This document shows positions 25,967 through 41,367 of a stretch of DNA of 64,000 bases, one piece after another. Under the pieces are notes generated by a model. It saw only the letters and a program-made list of their open reading frames with translations, was not told where the DNA came from and did no database searches. Each line of letters opens with the position of its first letter. The stretch's first letter is position 1. This stretch comes from Eledone cirrhosa (taxonomy: Eukaryota): the NCBI GenBank assembly GCA_964016885.1, contig OZ024740.1:215264001-215328000 (forward strand), written 5' to 3'. The position numbers were made by a program, and so were the translations under genes.

Positions 25967-27329
25967 TTTGGCAGCAATTAATAATTCCAGAAAGAAACAC
26001 AGGAATGCGCATGACAACCGGTGCGCAATTTAAATTATCCTATTAAAGAAGTTCCTTTATATTATGAAATAGATTAATAGCATCTAAAAATTATATCTGC
26101 CCTTCTTTACGCTTTCCCCCTTTTTTTTCCATTACTTAATTTTGTTTTTATCTTTTTTTTTTATATATTTCCACCATTGTGTAACTTCTGTTTGTAAAAT
26201 ATAGTTAACATATCTCTAAAAATTGGAAGTTAACTTTCTTTCAAGCAATTCCAGCGGTCTTGGTCCCCGGGCCACATCCCCGCTCGCTGTTATCGGGGGT
26301 GGAGTTGGCCGTCCGCAGGTGCGAACCCCGCGAGGTGGAGTGACTGTTTCAGCACGTCTCCCTCACCGTCCGCAGGAACGATACATTCTCCATCCTGTCG
26401 ACCGGGACCCAGAGGCGGAATGCAAGTTAGTTGATAGTGGAACAATACCCTTATTGGAATTTTCACATCTAAAATGTATTATTCTAATCTTTCAAATCAC
26501 TAGCTTGGATAAGATACCTTACTGAAAAAAATAATATTTTAATCCTATTATCGAGGAATCCTCAATGTGGTCGCTCGTCCTGCTAAAAATGGAAACCAAC
26601 TCTCTGCCAAACTACATCCTGCTGTTTTATAAAAGATAAAATCACGTTGATACTGTGAATCTGGATTCCCTGCACATAAGACGGGTGGCCATAACTGAAA
26701 TATCTCTTATGTTAGGTTTGCTCTATTAGGGCTAAACAACAATTTATATTTCTCCTCAAACCTGTAACCATCAACATTACAATCAACTGGTAGTGAAGAG
26801 AGTAATAAGGTGTTGTTGTCTTCTCACGTGTGTGTTCGTTGATGTTCTCTCTCTTTCACTCACTGCCTCCGTCTCTCACTATCTTAAGCAAATGGGGGTC
26901 CACTCGCTGGCTGCCCCCACGATCCCAGTGGACATAGTAGAGAAGGAGTTTTCCTGGAAGATGCTGAGGGAGACACGTTGGAAGAGCCATTCCAGCTAGC
27001 GAGGCTCACACCTGCGGGTAGCGAACTCCGTGCCGATGATGGTGAGTAAGGAGGTAGTCCTAGGGTAGCCAGGGACACCAGAAGTCTCCACTGTAGAGTA
27101 GTGTTATGCTGAAACCAATATATTATCGTGTAGAAATTAATAAACAAATAAACATTGAAGGTTATGATTAACAGTTTGTTATTTCTAATTTTAGTAAGCA
27201 AGTTCGTCATCGACAAGGTGAGTGGGATACTTAGCTGGTGAGGGTGTGGTATTAAAATTGGGGAGAGTGAAGAGTAGTTTAGTGCAGACTAGCGTGTTCT
27301 CTACAATGTTTGTTTTATGTCATTTTGTA

Positions 27330-27885
27330 CGCATGGTAAGGCAGGTCTTCTGCAGTACAGTGTAATGCCAGAGATCTCGATCCTGTGTCATCCCCTTTGT
27401 GAGGTTTAATTGGGCAAGGTCAGCTTTTATCACTTCATCCCAAGTTTCCATAGACTTTGTGTGCCCTGCACCTTTTTGTACAGCTGCTATCTTCCATATA
27501 CATTATATGCCCAGACCATCACAATCTCCTCTCCTGTACACTGCATCTGATCCCTTTTATACCTAGTTTCTCTCTCAGTTCATTGAAGCTTTGTCCTTCA
27601 TGCACACTACTATTACACATCTATCAGAAAATGCAAACTTCATTTCTTTCCAATCTTCATTGCATATACCCCAGGTCTCACTACCATGCAGCATTGCTGT
27701 TTGTACACAAGCTTCATATAGTCTGCCTTTCATTTTGAGGGAAAAACCTTTTGTAGCTAGCAGTGGTAGTAGCTCCCTGAACTTTTTCCATCCCATTCTC
27801 ACTCTGGCTATTATACTTTTAGAGTACCCACTTCCACTGTTAATTTGGTCACCGAGGTAACAGAAACTATCAACTACTTCTATGC
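27330..27885 (-). mobile_element. RTE-clade LINE fragment (second family; post-RT region)
   Basis: GWKKFRELLPLLATKGFSLKMKGRLYEACVQTAMLHGSETW. Related decayed copies at ~28380-29030 and 57490-57740. Confidence 0.75.
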
Positions 27886-29312
27886 GGCCCTCTGAGTATT
27901 TAAAAGTTTTGGGGGCTTCTTACTGTTCCTGTGCATCAACCACATACAAAACCTGGCTGAATGCCCTTCCTAATACCAATCACTTTGAAGAGTGTACCTG
28001 GAACTTTATCGTAGCACCAGCATTACCACTTTACAGAGTGTACTGGGTGCATTTTGGTATGGTTTCTATGTCTGGATGCCCTTCCTAACGCCAGCTACTT
28101 TGCAGTGTGTACCAGGTGCTTTATCGTGGCACCAGTACTACCACTTTAGAGTGTGTACTGGGTACATTTTATTAAGGCACCAGCACTAGAGAGATTTTCA
28201 TATTTTCAGCCAACATGAAGAGTTTTCTTTAACTTATATTATCACCAACAACTTTATAGTGTCACCTTCCCTAGAAACGTTCTCAGGTACTCAATGTTTA
28301 CAGAAGATCCTCTCTAGCTGTCTTGGTCATTACATGGAGACCAAAAGGGACATCTCACCATGTTTACTTTTAACATTGTAGTGGTAGGCAGGTCTTTATA
28401 TTGTTGTATATCACCAGCCAGTTAGCTTGGTCCTGTGTCATCTCTTTCATAAGGTTTAGTTTCTTGAGGTCATTCTTCATGTCAGCACACGTATTCCTTG
28501 GTCTCAATCACAGCTCCTACCTATCTGTAGGTCATTCTTCCTGTCACCACTTATATTCGTTGGTCTCTATCACAGCTTCTGCCTACATTGAGCACTTGGC
28601 ACCTTCTTATACAATTCTCACTCTCTATACATATCATATAACCACACCAGCGCAGTTGTCATTCAATTCCTATTAAACAAAACTTCATCTCTATACTACA
28701 CTTGTGTTGTTATTCATGCACACTAACATTACACATACAGTGGAGCATGCGTCTCAGTTCTTTTTAGTTGCCACAGATCTTCTGCACATCTCACAACAAT
28801 GTAGCATAGCAGTTCAAATGCAAACATCATATAATCTGCCCTTTGTTGCTAGCAGAGGTAACAGCTCCCTGAACTTCTCTTCCACCCTCATTTCACTCTC
28901 GGAACAACACTTTCAGTATATCCACCTCTAGTGCCAATAAGATCCCCTAGCTAGTAAAAGCTATCTATTACTTCTAGAGAGTTTTCTGAGGGTTTGAGGG
29001 AGTTCATTTCCTGGGAATTCACCACCCTACTATCTTGGTTCAAACAAGGCAACATGACCCAGGGGAAGAATCGAACCGCAATGACAAAAGGACCAGAGTG
29101 AGTGGCTGATATGGTGAAAGTTGTAGACTGATAAGGATGGCAGAGGGAGGGAGGGCTTTATAGTGATTTTAGCTTGGAATAAAAACAATCCTACTGTCCA
29201 CAAAATACGATCCAACAAATATTGGAGTTTAAATATTTTAATTTACAAATTTTCAGTGATAAGATTTTATATGAATTTTTCAGTCACTTCTTTTTATTTC
29301 TAACTAGGGAAA

Positions 29313-29425
29313 ATCATCACCACCACCACCACTACCACTATCATCATAATCCTCACCACCACCCCACCATTATCATCATCACCATTACCATCATCACCAC
29401 TATCACCACCACCATCATCATCAAT
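29313..29425. repeat. (CAC/CAT)n trinucleotide microsatellite
   Basis: Directly visible. Confidence 0.9.
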
Positions 29426-29879
29426 GTATTCAACAAATCATCTCAATTATTTTCTTTTGTATATACTTATTTAACAAAATGGCTTTTGAATGAGAATAAT
29501 TTCTCATCTCAGATTTGTAAAGTGTTTATATGGTGACATGATAAAAAGTGCCAAACCCACACTGTAAAGTGGCCGTATAGTTGTCACAACATAAAGCACC
29601 CAGTCCACACTGTAAAGTGGTTGTGTAGGTGTCATGACAAAAAGCACCTAGTACTCACTGTAAATATGGTTGGCATTAGTAAGGGCATCCAGCTATAGAA
29701 ACCAAGACAAAATCAGTCTGTATGAGCAAGATATGGCCATCTGACCTGGCCTGTCTCACAACAGAACAGCTCATCTAACCCATGCTAGCGTGGAAAATGG
29801 ACGTTAGATGGTGATGATGATGATGATGATATTTGTTATATGATAATAAAAATGCATCAAACGTTTCATTCCAGAGAGC

Positions 29880-30190
29880 ATTTATTTTGTGAAATTCGTG
29901 CTAATGAGAAATGATTTCCCACATTTCACAGAAACAAGGTATTTTTCCTGTGGTTACTTGATTGTAAGCTTATAATTTTCAATGAAAACTTTTCTACATA
30001 TTTCAAAGTGGAGGGGATTGTGTTTTCTTTTATAAAGACATTGTTACAAAATATTAACCCCATATTTCACAGGCAATGGACATTCTTCTGTGTGTACCAT
30101 TTGATAACGTATAAAATGGGAACTTAGAGTGAATGATTTCCAACATATTTCACAGTGGAACGGTTTTTCTCCAGTGTGGCTACGTAGATC
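29880..30190 (-). pseudogene. Degraded C2H2 zinc-finger gene fragment
   Basis: Minus strand reads [19 protein letters not shown] followed by decayed C-E-I/M-C fingers. Confidence 0.65.
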
Positions 30191-30319
30191 ATTAATAAAC
30201 ATAATATAATTAATTTATTTAAAATTATAAATATACGTAAATGGTGTCATTCATAATTTTCTCCCCTCATTAAATTACACCAGTTATTTAAGTTAAAAGC
30301 CTCAACTTTTAAAAATCTC

Positions 30320-32070
30320 AGTCATTGAGCCTCACCAAGGTTCTTTTTTTTCGTACTTAGGAATTATTTGTCAATCCCTAAATTGTATTTCCTCAGAGTT
30401 AGTCCCTTTTACAAATGCTCGTCGTCTCTCCAACGCTTTGACGACCTAATATTCAGTAAACTTGAGGGTCTGGTCAATGTCCGACTCCCCCTCCAGTCCC
30501 GCGACCAAGCTGCCTTGCCCAAACGGTTTGGAGGTCTCGGTCTGTGTAATTGCACATCTTTATCTCTACCTTACTTTCTTTCCTCCATCCACACTTGCTC
30601 CCCTTTAGTGGGTGACATCCTCTCCTTTCCTACATGGATTAGTTCCTCCAGGAAGATGGATGAAGCTTTACTGCAGTGGAGAGAGCTGGGTTTTTCAGTC
30701 CCAGTTACTGATGAGGATGGATGGAAGCAGAAAGTATGGGACAATCTGCATTCGAGGGAAATTTTCAATTCTCTCTTTGATCACTCAAATCAATTTTCTA
30801 GGTGTCGCTTACTTTCTGTAAGCACAAAGTTCTCGGGTGACTGGATTGATGCCCTGCCTGTGGCTAACATTGGTAGCCTTCTCAGTCAGGACGAACTCCG
30901 CAGCTCCATTGCACTTCCAGTGGGAACCAATGCCTGTTGGAGTCTGAGATGTCGCTGTGGTAGGGCCCTCGACCCCACAGGCCTACATGGTTTGTAATAT
31001 AGTTCATAAATTTTATAAAGAGCATCTCATATAAAACAACAACATGAGACTACGTAAATTGTAAGATATTTATTTCCTAAGATGAGATGTGTAAGTTATT
31101 AGTAACTTTCCAAATTTTCTTTTTGTTCAATCGCATATTCAAAACAAAAATTTGAAGAACGTTTTGAAAAGGAAAAGAAGTAGGAAAATAATTTTAAAAA
31201 TTGATACTTTTATGCGTATGACCATATATCTGACTATAAATATTTATTTATAAATGGATATCTGTAGATATGTAAAACAAATGTATAAACAACATGAAGA
31301 ACTCAGTTCTCTTCTGGACGAAGTAGCTAGAATGTTCTGGAATTCACAACAAAATCATTTTTGTTCCTAATTCATATTGGGAAGGAGCCTGGATGCAGCT
31401 GGCTTCCCATCACAATTGGAGCTAGCATACCTCGACCGCCGAGACGGCAAGCGCCCCGATGGAATTACCCTCTTCCCATTCGAAGGAGGTTGATCATTCA
31501 TCTGGGATGCCACATGTTGCGACACGTTCTCCGCCTCTAACTTAATAGCTTCGTCCACAAACCCCAGTACTGTGGCCCGCAATGCAGGGGACATTAAGAT
31601 AAGCAAATGCCGGGGCTTGTCCGGGCGCTTCCTCTTCGCACCAATCACCGTCGAGACCTCGGACCTACTCGAACCTCGTACTGCTGAGCTCCTCCACAAG
31701 ATCATCAGCCCATTTGAGGAAGAAGCCCTGAGAAGTTGGGTCGTTGTTGCAGCAGGTGTCGCTGGTCATTGTCCAAAGAAATGCCTTTGCAGTTTTGTTC
31801 ATGGGGTGCAGCCCTAACACCACTCCGCCATAGAGCCCATCACTTTCCTTTTCTTCCATGGCCCAAGAGTCCTTGCATTTTCCTTCCGTTTCCTCTCATT
31901 TATGGCATTTATAGTCCTTTCCCATACACCCAGATCTGCCCTTCTTTGCCTCTCCCCATTCATTTCATTACTTATTTTTGTTTTTCATATTTCCATCATT
32001 GTGTAACTTCTTTATGCAAAATATAGTTGACATAACTATTTGTAATGTTATTTATACAACTGTAAATAAA
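30320..32070 (+). mobile_element. CRE-like (restriction-like endonuclease) non-LTR retrotransposon, 3' half, interrupted at ~30997-31370
   Basis: QAALPKRFGGLGL, CRCGRALDPTGLHG (zinc knuckle), RRDGKRPDGITLFPF..WDATCCDTF and FLFAPITVET (REL endonuclease motifs); T-rich 3' UTR ending aataaaa. Confidence 0.75.
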
Positions 32071-32250
32071 ATACATAAGTATTTGCCAATAAAATGAAAG
32101 TGAAAGAAACTGAATTTCTATAACCTTATAAATGTTTCACTAAGCCAAGACTGTGTTGTCTCCCCTGGCAGTCACTTGTAAGTTGAAAGACTAATTTCCT
32201 GCTATATTTTTCTGTTAACTTTTAACTTTTCTCGTTACTTTCCATTAGTA

Positions 32251-32547
32251 CAGCGATTCTTAACCTTTTTCTATTGCGACACCTGCTTGAGATTTTAAAA
32301 TTCTATCTCGTACCCATAGACCTGGCACATAAGACAAAAGAACTTGAATTTCAGGTCCAATTATCAGCTACAATTTAATTAATTACTATGATTAATTAAT
32401 ACAGATATTTGAAAATAACAGAAAACATACAATCAAAATAGAAGTAAAACGAAAGAAAAGTTGTTTTTTCTGGTCCTCTTCTCTCACTTCCAAGAACTGA
32501 ATATTGCATCCCTTAGTGGTGCTGGCACCTTAGGTTAAGAACTACTG
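32251..32547. mobile_element. hAT-superfamily MITE with 8-bp TSD
   Basis: TIR cagcgattcttaacct / aggttaagaactactg; cattagta duplicated at 32243-32250 and 32548-32555. Confidence 0.85.
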
Positions 32548-32899
32548 CATTAGTAAGACAACAACACCTGAAATCTTATAGCTCGAGATTGTCAAATATT
32601 TGACAGGGGTTCATTTCGTTATTGATCGCAAATGAAAGTGAATTGACAATAAAAGTGTTTTGTATATTTTGTAATTTATCTTGTTAAAATTAGTTATTAA
32701 TTAAAATTTGTTGTTTATACTGTATTTTGTAATTTACATTTTGTGATTTTGTTAAGACTAGTTACTAATTTATATAAAATATCAGAAGATTAACAATTTG
32801 GAATTAGAAAGTAATCAGAGAAAAGAAAGAAAACAAACAGAAAAAAAGATGGAAGGAGATATGCATCCTCAATTACACATCACATCAGGGGATGCTGAA

Positions 32900-33412
32900 G
32901 TTTCTTCTTCGCCCACTTATTCCCGAGAGGGGCAGAGTCCTCAAACACTCCTTCCAGCAGGTCCTGTCAGAAGCAACTATTTCCAATTGATTTAGCTGGA
33001 TCTCCTAGCATGACCAGCCAAGATCATAGACGTTATCCAACCATCTTGCTCGGGGTCTACCCCTGGGTCTCCTGCCAGTTAGTTTTGCCTGTAAAATTTG
33101 TCCAACGATTCTTTCCTGAGACATTCTAACTATAGGCCCATTACATCGGAGCTGTGATCTCTCAATTGGAGAAATAGCAGCTCTACCTGGAGTGACTCTT
33201 TGATCTCTGAGCTATGCACTCTATTGAGTAACGTTACTCCATGAACCCTTCAGAGGAACCCCATTTTAGTCACAGGTATTCAGCAAAATGGTTGGATAAC
33301 ATACATGAGCTTGACTAGTCTCACTTGGGGATCCAGCTGACAGGGCCCTCTGGAAGGAGTGTTTAAGAGGACTCTGCTACTACGACCCTCTCAGAAATAA
33401 ATGGGAGAAGAT
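32900..33412. mobile_element. Two RTE 3' ends in inverted arrangement
   Basis: Minus copy ~32900-33285 abuts plus copy ~33286-33412 (atggttggataac..gaccctctcagaaataaatggg). Confidence 0.7.
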
Positions 33413-34399
33413 GTAATCCTTTGTAACATGTCTCTCTTCTATTTTACCCTCCACAACCTATCAAGCTGTTTTCCCCTATCACACTCATACTTCTGCTCTG
33501 ATATTCACTTTGAAAGAACAGAAACAATATAGAGTAGAAGGAACTCTTTACAACTGGTGTCATGATAAAATGCCCCCAGTCCACTCTGTAAAGTGGTTGG
33601 TGTTAGAAAGTGTATCTAGTCATAGAAACCATGCTGAAAATAGAATGTACAAGTGAGATGTGATCCTCCAATCCTACTAGAGTTGATTTAAATTATGTCT
33701 GTTCAACCCATACCAGCATGGTAAACAGATATAAAATAATGGTGATAATAACTTAACAGTGGTAGTAATTAATTACTAATTAATAATGAAGGCACATGGC
33801 TTAATGGTTAAAGCATTGGGTTTGTAATTGAGAGGTTGTGCGTTTGACTCTCAGACCGGGTGATGCATTGTGTCCTTGAGCAAGACACTTTAATTCACGT
33901 TACTCCAGTTTACTTAACTGTAGAAATGAGTTGTCACATCACTAGTGCCAAGCTATCGGCCATTACCTTCCCTTTGGACATCAGCGGCGTGGAGAGGGGA
34001 GATTGGTATGAATGAGTGACTGCTGGTCTTTCACAAACAAATCTTGCTCAGGCTTGTGCCTCGGAGGAGAACTTTCTAGATGTAAAACTATAGTCATTTG
34101 TGACCGATGGGGGCCTTTAACAGTGATATTAACAAAATAAATCCTAATTAATATATTTCTCAGATATTTACTCTTAATTTCAAATAAACCAAGAATATCT
34201 TTTTCTCCCTTCTGGAAATATGTTAGAATATGAGAATTTTACTAAAATATCACAGTAGTAAGTTATTCTACTAATGTGGATATAGTTAAGGTTATGTAGA
34301 ATATTATGTTGGGGTTGTTATCATTCATTGTTATATCAGATATTTGTTCATAGAATGAATTTTGACACTGATGTAGTTTCTCAGCTTTATTAAAACATG

Positions 34400-35470
<1,071 letters not shown>

Positions 35471-38289
35471 TTATATCTATTCTGTATGACATCTTCACGT
35501 ATCCTTTAAACAATGATAAATATTGTTAATCCATCTGAAGTAAACAATTCTTTAAAGTCAATGTCAACTGATATTCTGAAATAGAGAAACAGTAAAACAT
35601 GTAGTTAAAGAGTAGAGTCAATGGTGGAAATTTTACATTTCTATATTAATAAACTGTAGATATAACCATTTGTCTGAAAATTGAACTTATCCAATATGGC
35701 CTTTGTAGATGACACGACAAAAAGCACCCAACACACACTATAAATGTGGTTGGCATTAGGAAGGGCATCCAGCCATAGAAACCTAGCCAGAAATAGTTCT
35801 ATATGAACAAGACCCAACCTGTCTAACCCATGCTAGCATAGAAAATGGACATTAAACAATGATGATGATGATAATATAAAAAAGGAAGGTTTTTTTTTAA
35901 TGTCCCACACAGGTAAACATATAAGGAAAAGAATTTGAAAATGCAACTGAAATCTTTTAAGAATATTTATTTACTTTACTGGTTTCACAGTTCTTATGAT
36001 TATCAAAAGTAAAATTGAGATGGAGGGTTTGTATTTCTGCAGTGGTGTGTCTTGCATCAGATATCGCAAACAATTTTTCTGAACATAAAATGTCTTGGCT
36101 GACGAACAGTGTCTCGATTAATGAACCCGCAAGTCAGCAGAAACAGTTGTCAACAGGCTGGGAGTATCGGCAGGAAAGCATCACTTGCAGTGTAGTTAGT
36201 TACTATGGTAATATCTATCTGCCTTTCACACACAGTCTCTCTCTTTCTCTCTCTGTATTTCTCTCTCAACATTTTGTATGGGGAAAATAGTTTCAGTTTA
36301 CAAACATTTAAGATGACAAACAGCCTTCAGGAATGAAATAAGTTTATGAACCAAGGTTCCACTGTACACACACACACATATATATATATATATAGCTGAC
36401 TAAACACATACATGCTCCCCCCCCCCCCCAAATGTCCTTTTCTTAATTTTGTCTATCTTTCTATTTTTTATTTTATCTCTATCTTCTGGTGAAAGACTAA
36501 TATCTGAAACACTAAGACACTTTTCCTACTATATCAAGCATTAAACTAATATATATCTTCATTGTACTGTATTGTTTATCTCTTTTACATGTTCCATCTG
36601 ACATACTAAGGCCATGCTGGGGCACCTCCATGTCTACGTTATGACTATATATATATATCATAACATTACATCTGTTTTCTATGTTAGCATGGGTTGGACA
36701 TGTCGAAAGAACCAGAAAATACTTTAGCCTCCAACAATTTCTGATCCTCTAAATTTGTTCAGGAGAGACCCACAATGGAGGTAGTGCTGCCACATTTGAG
36801 ACGGTGCTGCTGTTACACATACATCCTAGGCCACATTGGTATAAAGTCACTGACAGACATGCTCCAGTCTCTGGCCACATTTCTACCACCACTATAATGG
36901 CCTATGCTCCTCAGTTTTGGCTGAATTCCCGCCACCTACACTCAAGTCTCATCTGTATTACACTTCATCACCAATATTATGTCTAACCGCACTAACTGCT
37001 ATGTCCAGTCCTTCTTTCCCGAGAATGTAATTCCTTTGCTGCATTTGTCTTTCATGAAGATGTCGACTTGAAACAATTTAAACTGAATATCAACAGCTTC
37101 AATCTCATCGATCTCGAAAGCTGCAAGGTTCATAGACACAACACCTCCCTCCACTAAAAAAAAGAAAAACGAGAAACTTTTTGTCCCGTAAGAGCGGTTC
37201 GACAAAGAGTGGTCTATACAGTAAGTTTAAAGTTTGTCTCGAGTCCAGAGGCTTATCCTGGCTTCCATGGCGTGAAACAACTGAGAGTACAAGACTACCC
37301 AGTGGACAGGACACCAGTCCATCACAGAGTTAAATCCCCAGCTATTGCATTTTCAGCTGAGTATACTGGAGCAACATGAAATAAAGTGTTTTGCTCAAGA
37401 ACACAACACACAACCCAGCCCAGGAATCGAACCCAAGACATTATGATCGTAAGTCGAACACCCTTACCAAATGTAAAAAAATAAGTACTAAGGTCAATTT
37501 TATCGACTATATCCAGTCTCCATCATGATCGCAGTCTAATGAAGTTATATCAGTATAAGTGTGTGTTAATTGCTAATTTCAGACTGTATGATGGCTTATT
37601 AGCATCTAAATCTCTGAATTACCTATGTTCAACAAGCGTTGTCACGTTTACAAGGTAGAAATAAAGATAAATGGTGCCGAAACAAGGTATCAAAGTGACG
37701 TTAAACAACACAAACTTTGTCTTTGTGTGAGGAATAACTGAAATTGACATGATATATTGAAAGTAATAAAGCAATATCTTTAATTAAGTGAAAGTTCTTT
37801 CTTCATTTAAAAAAAATCTTACGAAACTCTAATACAAAGAGATGTAGGTAAAAAAAAACACACGTTGTACAATATAAGTGTTTATATCAATAATTGTTTC
37901 TACTTTTGGCACAAGGCCAGCAATTATTCAGTACATTACTGGTACTTTATTTTATCGACCCCGTAAGGATGAAAGGCAAAGTAATACTTATACACTAATA
38001 TAGACAGCTATAATACGAACTTGAATATTGGCAGTTTCAAAAGAACTTCTAGATTTTACAGAAAATGTTGATTTACATTTTTCAGTTCAACATAAAAATG
38101 AATGATGAATGCTATAGATATTTCTTTGCACAGTTAATTAACAATCAATTATATTTAATTCTATACTAACATGCCGCTAATTAAGAAAACGATAACAGGA
38201 AGTTTTAGCAAATAATACCAGGGGAGGTAACTTAATAAAGGGCAATAACCTAGAATGTACTTTTTTTTAAAATATAAAATATTTACTTC

Positions 38290-38850
38290 ACAATTGTATA
38301 AATAACATTACAAATTATTCATAATTCTTACAGAATAAAAATAGACAAATAATATAAACAATACTTAACCAATATATAAGCTTAAACAAAACGACCATCA
38401 ATTCACCACCAAGTGTGACAATTGGCCGCACATGATCAGGGTCAACAGAATACTTAATGAATACTTTTTACAGAATGAAAACAAAATAAAGACATAATAA
38501 ATACAACCAATTATTGTTAGGAACATTATAAATATAATACATAAAAATATATAATCAAAGCAAGAGAAAAACAAACATTAATTCACCACTAAGTGCGTAA
38601 ATCGATTACACACTACATCACATGGGTCAGCGGAAATGTTTGAGGCAAACCAACATGTTCAGAGTATTACAGCAGGTGATGGCGATGCTAAGGCGCTGAA
38701 ATAACTAAGCACCCTTACGGGCATCACCTGACACCTCGGTAAGGCAAGCTACTAACGATGACAAGAATTTTGCTGTCAGTGGCCCAACTCCACCAAACGT
38801 GGAAAAATAGAGATTTGATAATTCCCGGTATTTTATCAACGAATTCTCTG
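38290..38850 (-). mobile_element. CRE-like LINE 3' end (endonuclease C-terminus + 3' UTR)
   Basis: TFGGVGPLTAKFLSSL..LTEVSGDARKGA; homologous to 47930-48395, 57770-58270 and 60360-60925. Confidence 0.7.
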
Positions 38851-39339
38851 ACTGACTCATGTGTGCTTTTTGTGCTGGATCTCGGGAAAGACACCTAAGT
38901 AATGGCAATTGGGAGTGATAATCCCGATTTTCAAAAAGGGAGATAAGAGAGATTGTCCCAATTACAGAGGGATCTCCAGACGTAGCACAGCAAGAAATTG
39001 TAGGAGTATTGCCAAGAGGTATAGTCTTGTTTTGTAGACCTCGAAAAGGCATAAGACCGTGACCACCATGGTCAACTTTAATTTCGTCCACGTCAGTGTT
39101 AATTACGTCATCGCCAATTTTAATTTCGTAATTGTCAATTTTAATTTTGCACGGGACCTGCAAGTTAGTATTATTTTTACAAATCCCGCCGAGCTTAACT
39201 TTGCCTTTCATCCTTACGGGGTCGATAAAATAAAGTACCAGTAATGCACTGGGTAATTGCTGGCCTTGTGCCAAAAGTAGAAACAATTATTTTTACTATT
39301 ATTAATCTTTATGTTTAATCATATTCATATTAATAACTA

Positions 39340-40200
39340 CTAGCAGAATGGCCCAGCGTTGCTCGGGATTCTAAACATAGACTGGCATGTTTATCCCTCC
39401 TTTCTGAAACAGTACAGAGAAGTATGGAATACCTCGGCCTTGCGACCGTCGAATAGCAGATTCCACTGACGATTCGTTTGCCCGCCTTGTTCTTTTTCTT
39501 TCCGCTTTCGCAGTATTTCGGCCAATGGAGTATCTCTTCCTTCGAGGCATGACCTAAAAGCAGGACGAAGTAGTCTAAGACTAACTGGTAGAGTAAGGAG
39601 TAAACTCGTCAGTGATGCATGTGATTTCCGAACCGTTGACTATGTAATTGGTGGCCTTGTGCCAAAAGTAGTGGAACTTTTTGGGTGGCATATCGGCTGT
39701 AACAATGACGATAAGCCGCCTGTGCTTTCGTGAAATAAATACGTTTGTTTATATTTTGTTTTTATGTATGCAAAAATATCTGTACACGAATATATAATTA
39801 TATATATATATATATTAAAATAACAGATTAAAGTTTAAGCCAAGAATCGCTGCTTTCCCCCTTAATGGGATCTTCTGAAACTAAAAAAATCAATTTGTGA
39901 ACGCAGAAGCAAATATTTCGAAAAACGTTACAACCGAAGGAAGACGATACTTTGGTTCGTGAAGACGTTTTCATAATGTCGTAATGCAAACAGCCAGATA
40001 TTATAAGAGCGCGACGTTATAGCTATGTATCTATCTAAAAGACAGACTAAGAAAGAGAGAGATCGCTAACCGGCGTCTAATGCGGTCCCTAGGGCATTGA
40101 AAATTTGAAATGTTTTGCTCAAAACGCTCACATGTGTAAAGTTTGAAAAAAATCGGTTGGGTGGTTCTCAGACAGACATTCTCCGTTTTAAATATATAGA
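39340..40200 (-). mobile_element. Non-autonomous Helitron, same termini as 22726-23528
   Basis: Minus strand starts TCtatatatttaaaacggagaatgtctgtctg and ends cccgagcaacgctgggccattctgCTAG. Confidence 0.8.
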
Positions 40201-40899
40201 TTACTACTATTAATATCAATTTCGATATATGGTAGCTGGAAATTATTCAGCTATTCTAAAAAGAATATTAGTCTCCTGATTTGTTCTTCCTGCTTTAACT
40301 AATGAAATTCTCCTTGCATACATTTTGCTCATCTTAAGAGGACGTCCTCATGTGTTACAGTTATGTATTTTTATTTTCTAAATGCAATATTTGGTTGTAA
40401 TGTTTTTTAAAATATTTTCCTCTACGTTTACAGATTGATTTTTCTCAGTTTCAAATGAAACCTTTGCCCCTCACCATCAAATCCGGCCCTGCCTAAACAC
40501 ACATCTATCTTCAACTAAACAAACAATAAAACACAACATAAACCGGTTAAAAAAATTTTTATCACATTTGTTTCGTTCTAATATCTTCTAGCTCCCTACC
40601 TCACCCCGTTTCTTCTCCCTCTTTTCTTGCCTACATAACATTGGCCTCAACTCAGGGCCGGGTTTAATGGGGTGGGGTGGCAAAGGGGCAATTGCCCCAA
40701 GTCCCCTGCAGTGGGGGATGGGGCACTAGCGACGGCCGTAGCAATTTATTTGTGCATAAATTTTACATCCATAATATTTTATCCAGGTGTTTTTCCAAAC
40801 ACGATGAGATTGTATCTCTAAGAAACTTTGACAAATGACAGTGAACAGGTCTTTCTTTATGATGAATTTCTGGATTACTACTGTAAAAGAGAACAAAAA

Positions 40900-41085
40900 G
40901 CAACAACAACCAGCAGGAGACCCAGGGGTAGACTCCAAGCAAGATGGTTGGATAACATCCATGAGCTTGGCTGCTCTCGCTTGGGGATCCAGTCAGATCA
41001 ATTGAAGGAGGCTGCTTCTGACAAGAGCCACTGGAAGGAGTGTTTGAGGACTCTTCCCCCACGACCCTCTCAGGAATAAGTGGTT
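40900..41085 (+). mobile_element. RTE LINE 3' end
   Basis: RRPRGRLQARWLDNIHELG..HWKECLRTLPPRPSQE. Confidence 0.75.
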
Positions 41086-41367
41086 GAAGTGTATTCAGTT
41101 TACAAGGGTAGACTTACTTCACACTAAATAATTCTCCACATCTCATATTGAATAGTTTAATTGTGTAGTTTGATTCGTTTGTCAACTACAAGTCTATATA
41201 AAGTTTTCCCTAATAATGAAAGGTTTTTTTTTCGAATGCGAGCACATTTCTATAAAGAATGAAAATACACAGAAAATATCTCACCATTAAAATACTCTCC
41301 TATCTGTTGGTAGAAATTAAGTTGGCAAGGAAATGATTTTTCATATTTCTCTGTTCACAGGTTTCTC

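Noticed and set aside
29222-29536. His-rich 104-aa ORF
   Set aside because: Translation of a (CAC/CAT)n microsatellite.
36485-36520. Hammerhead-like ctggtga...gaaac motif (also ctgatga at 50577)
   Set aside because: Core is mutated or lacks supporting stems; cannot be supported by eye.
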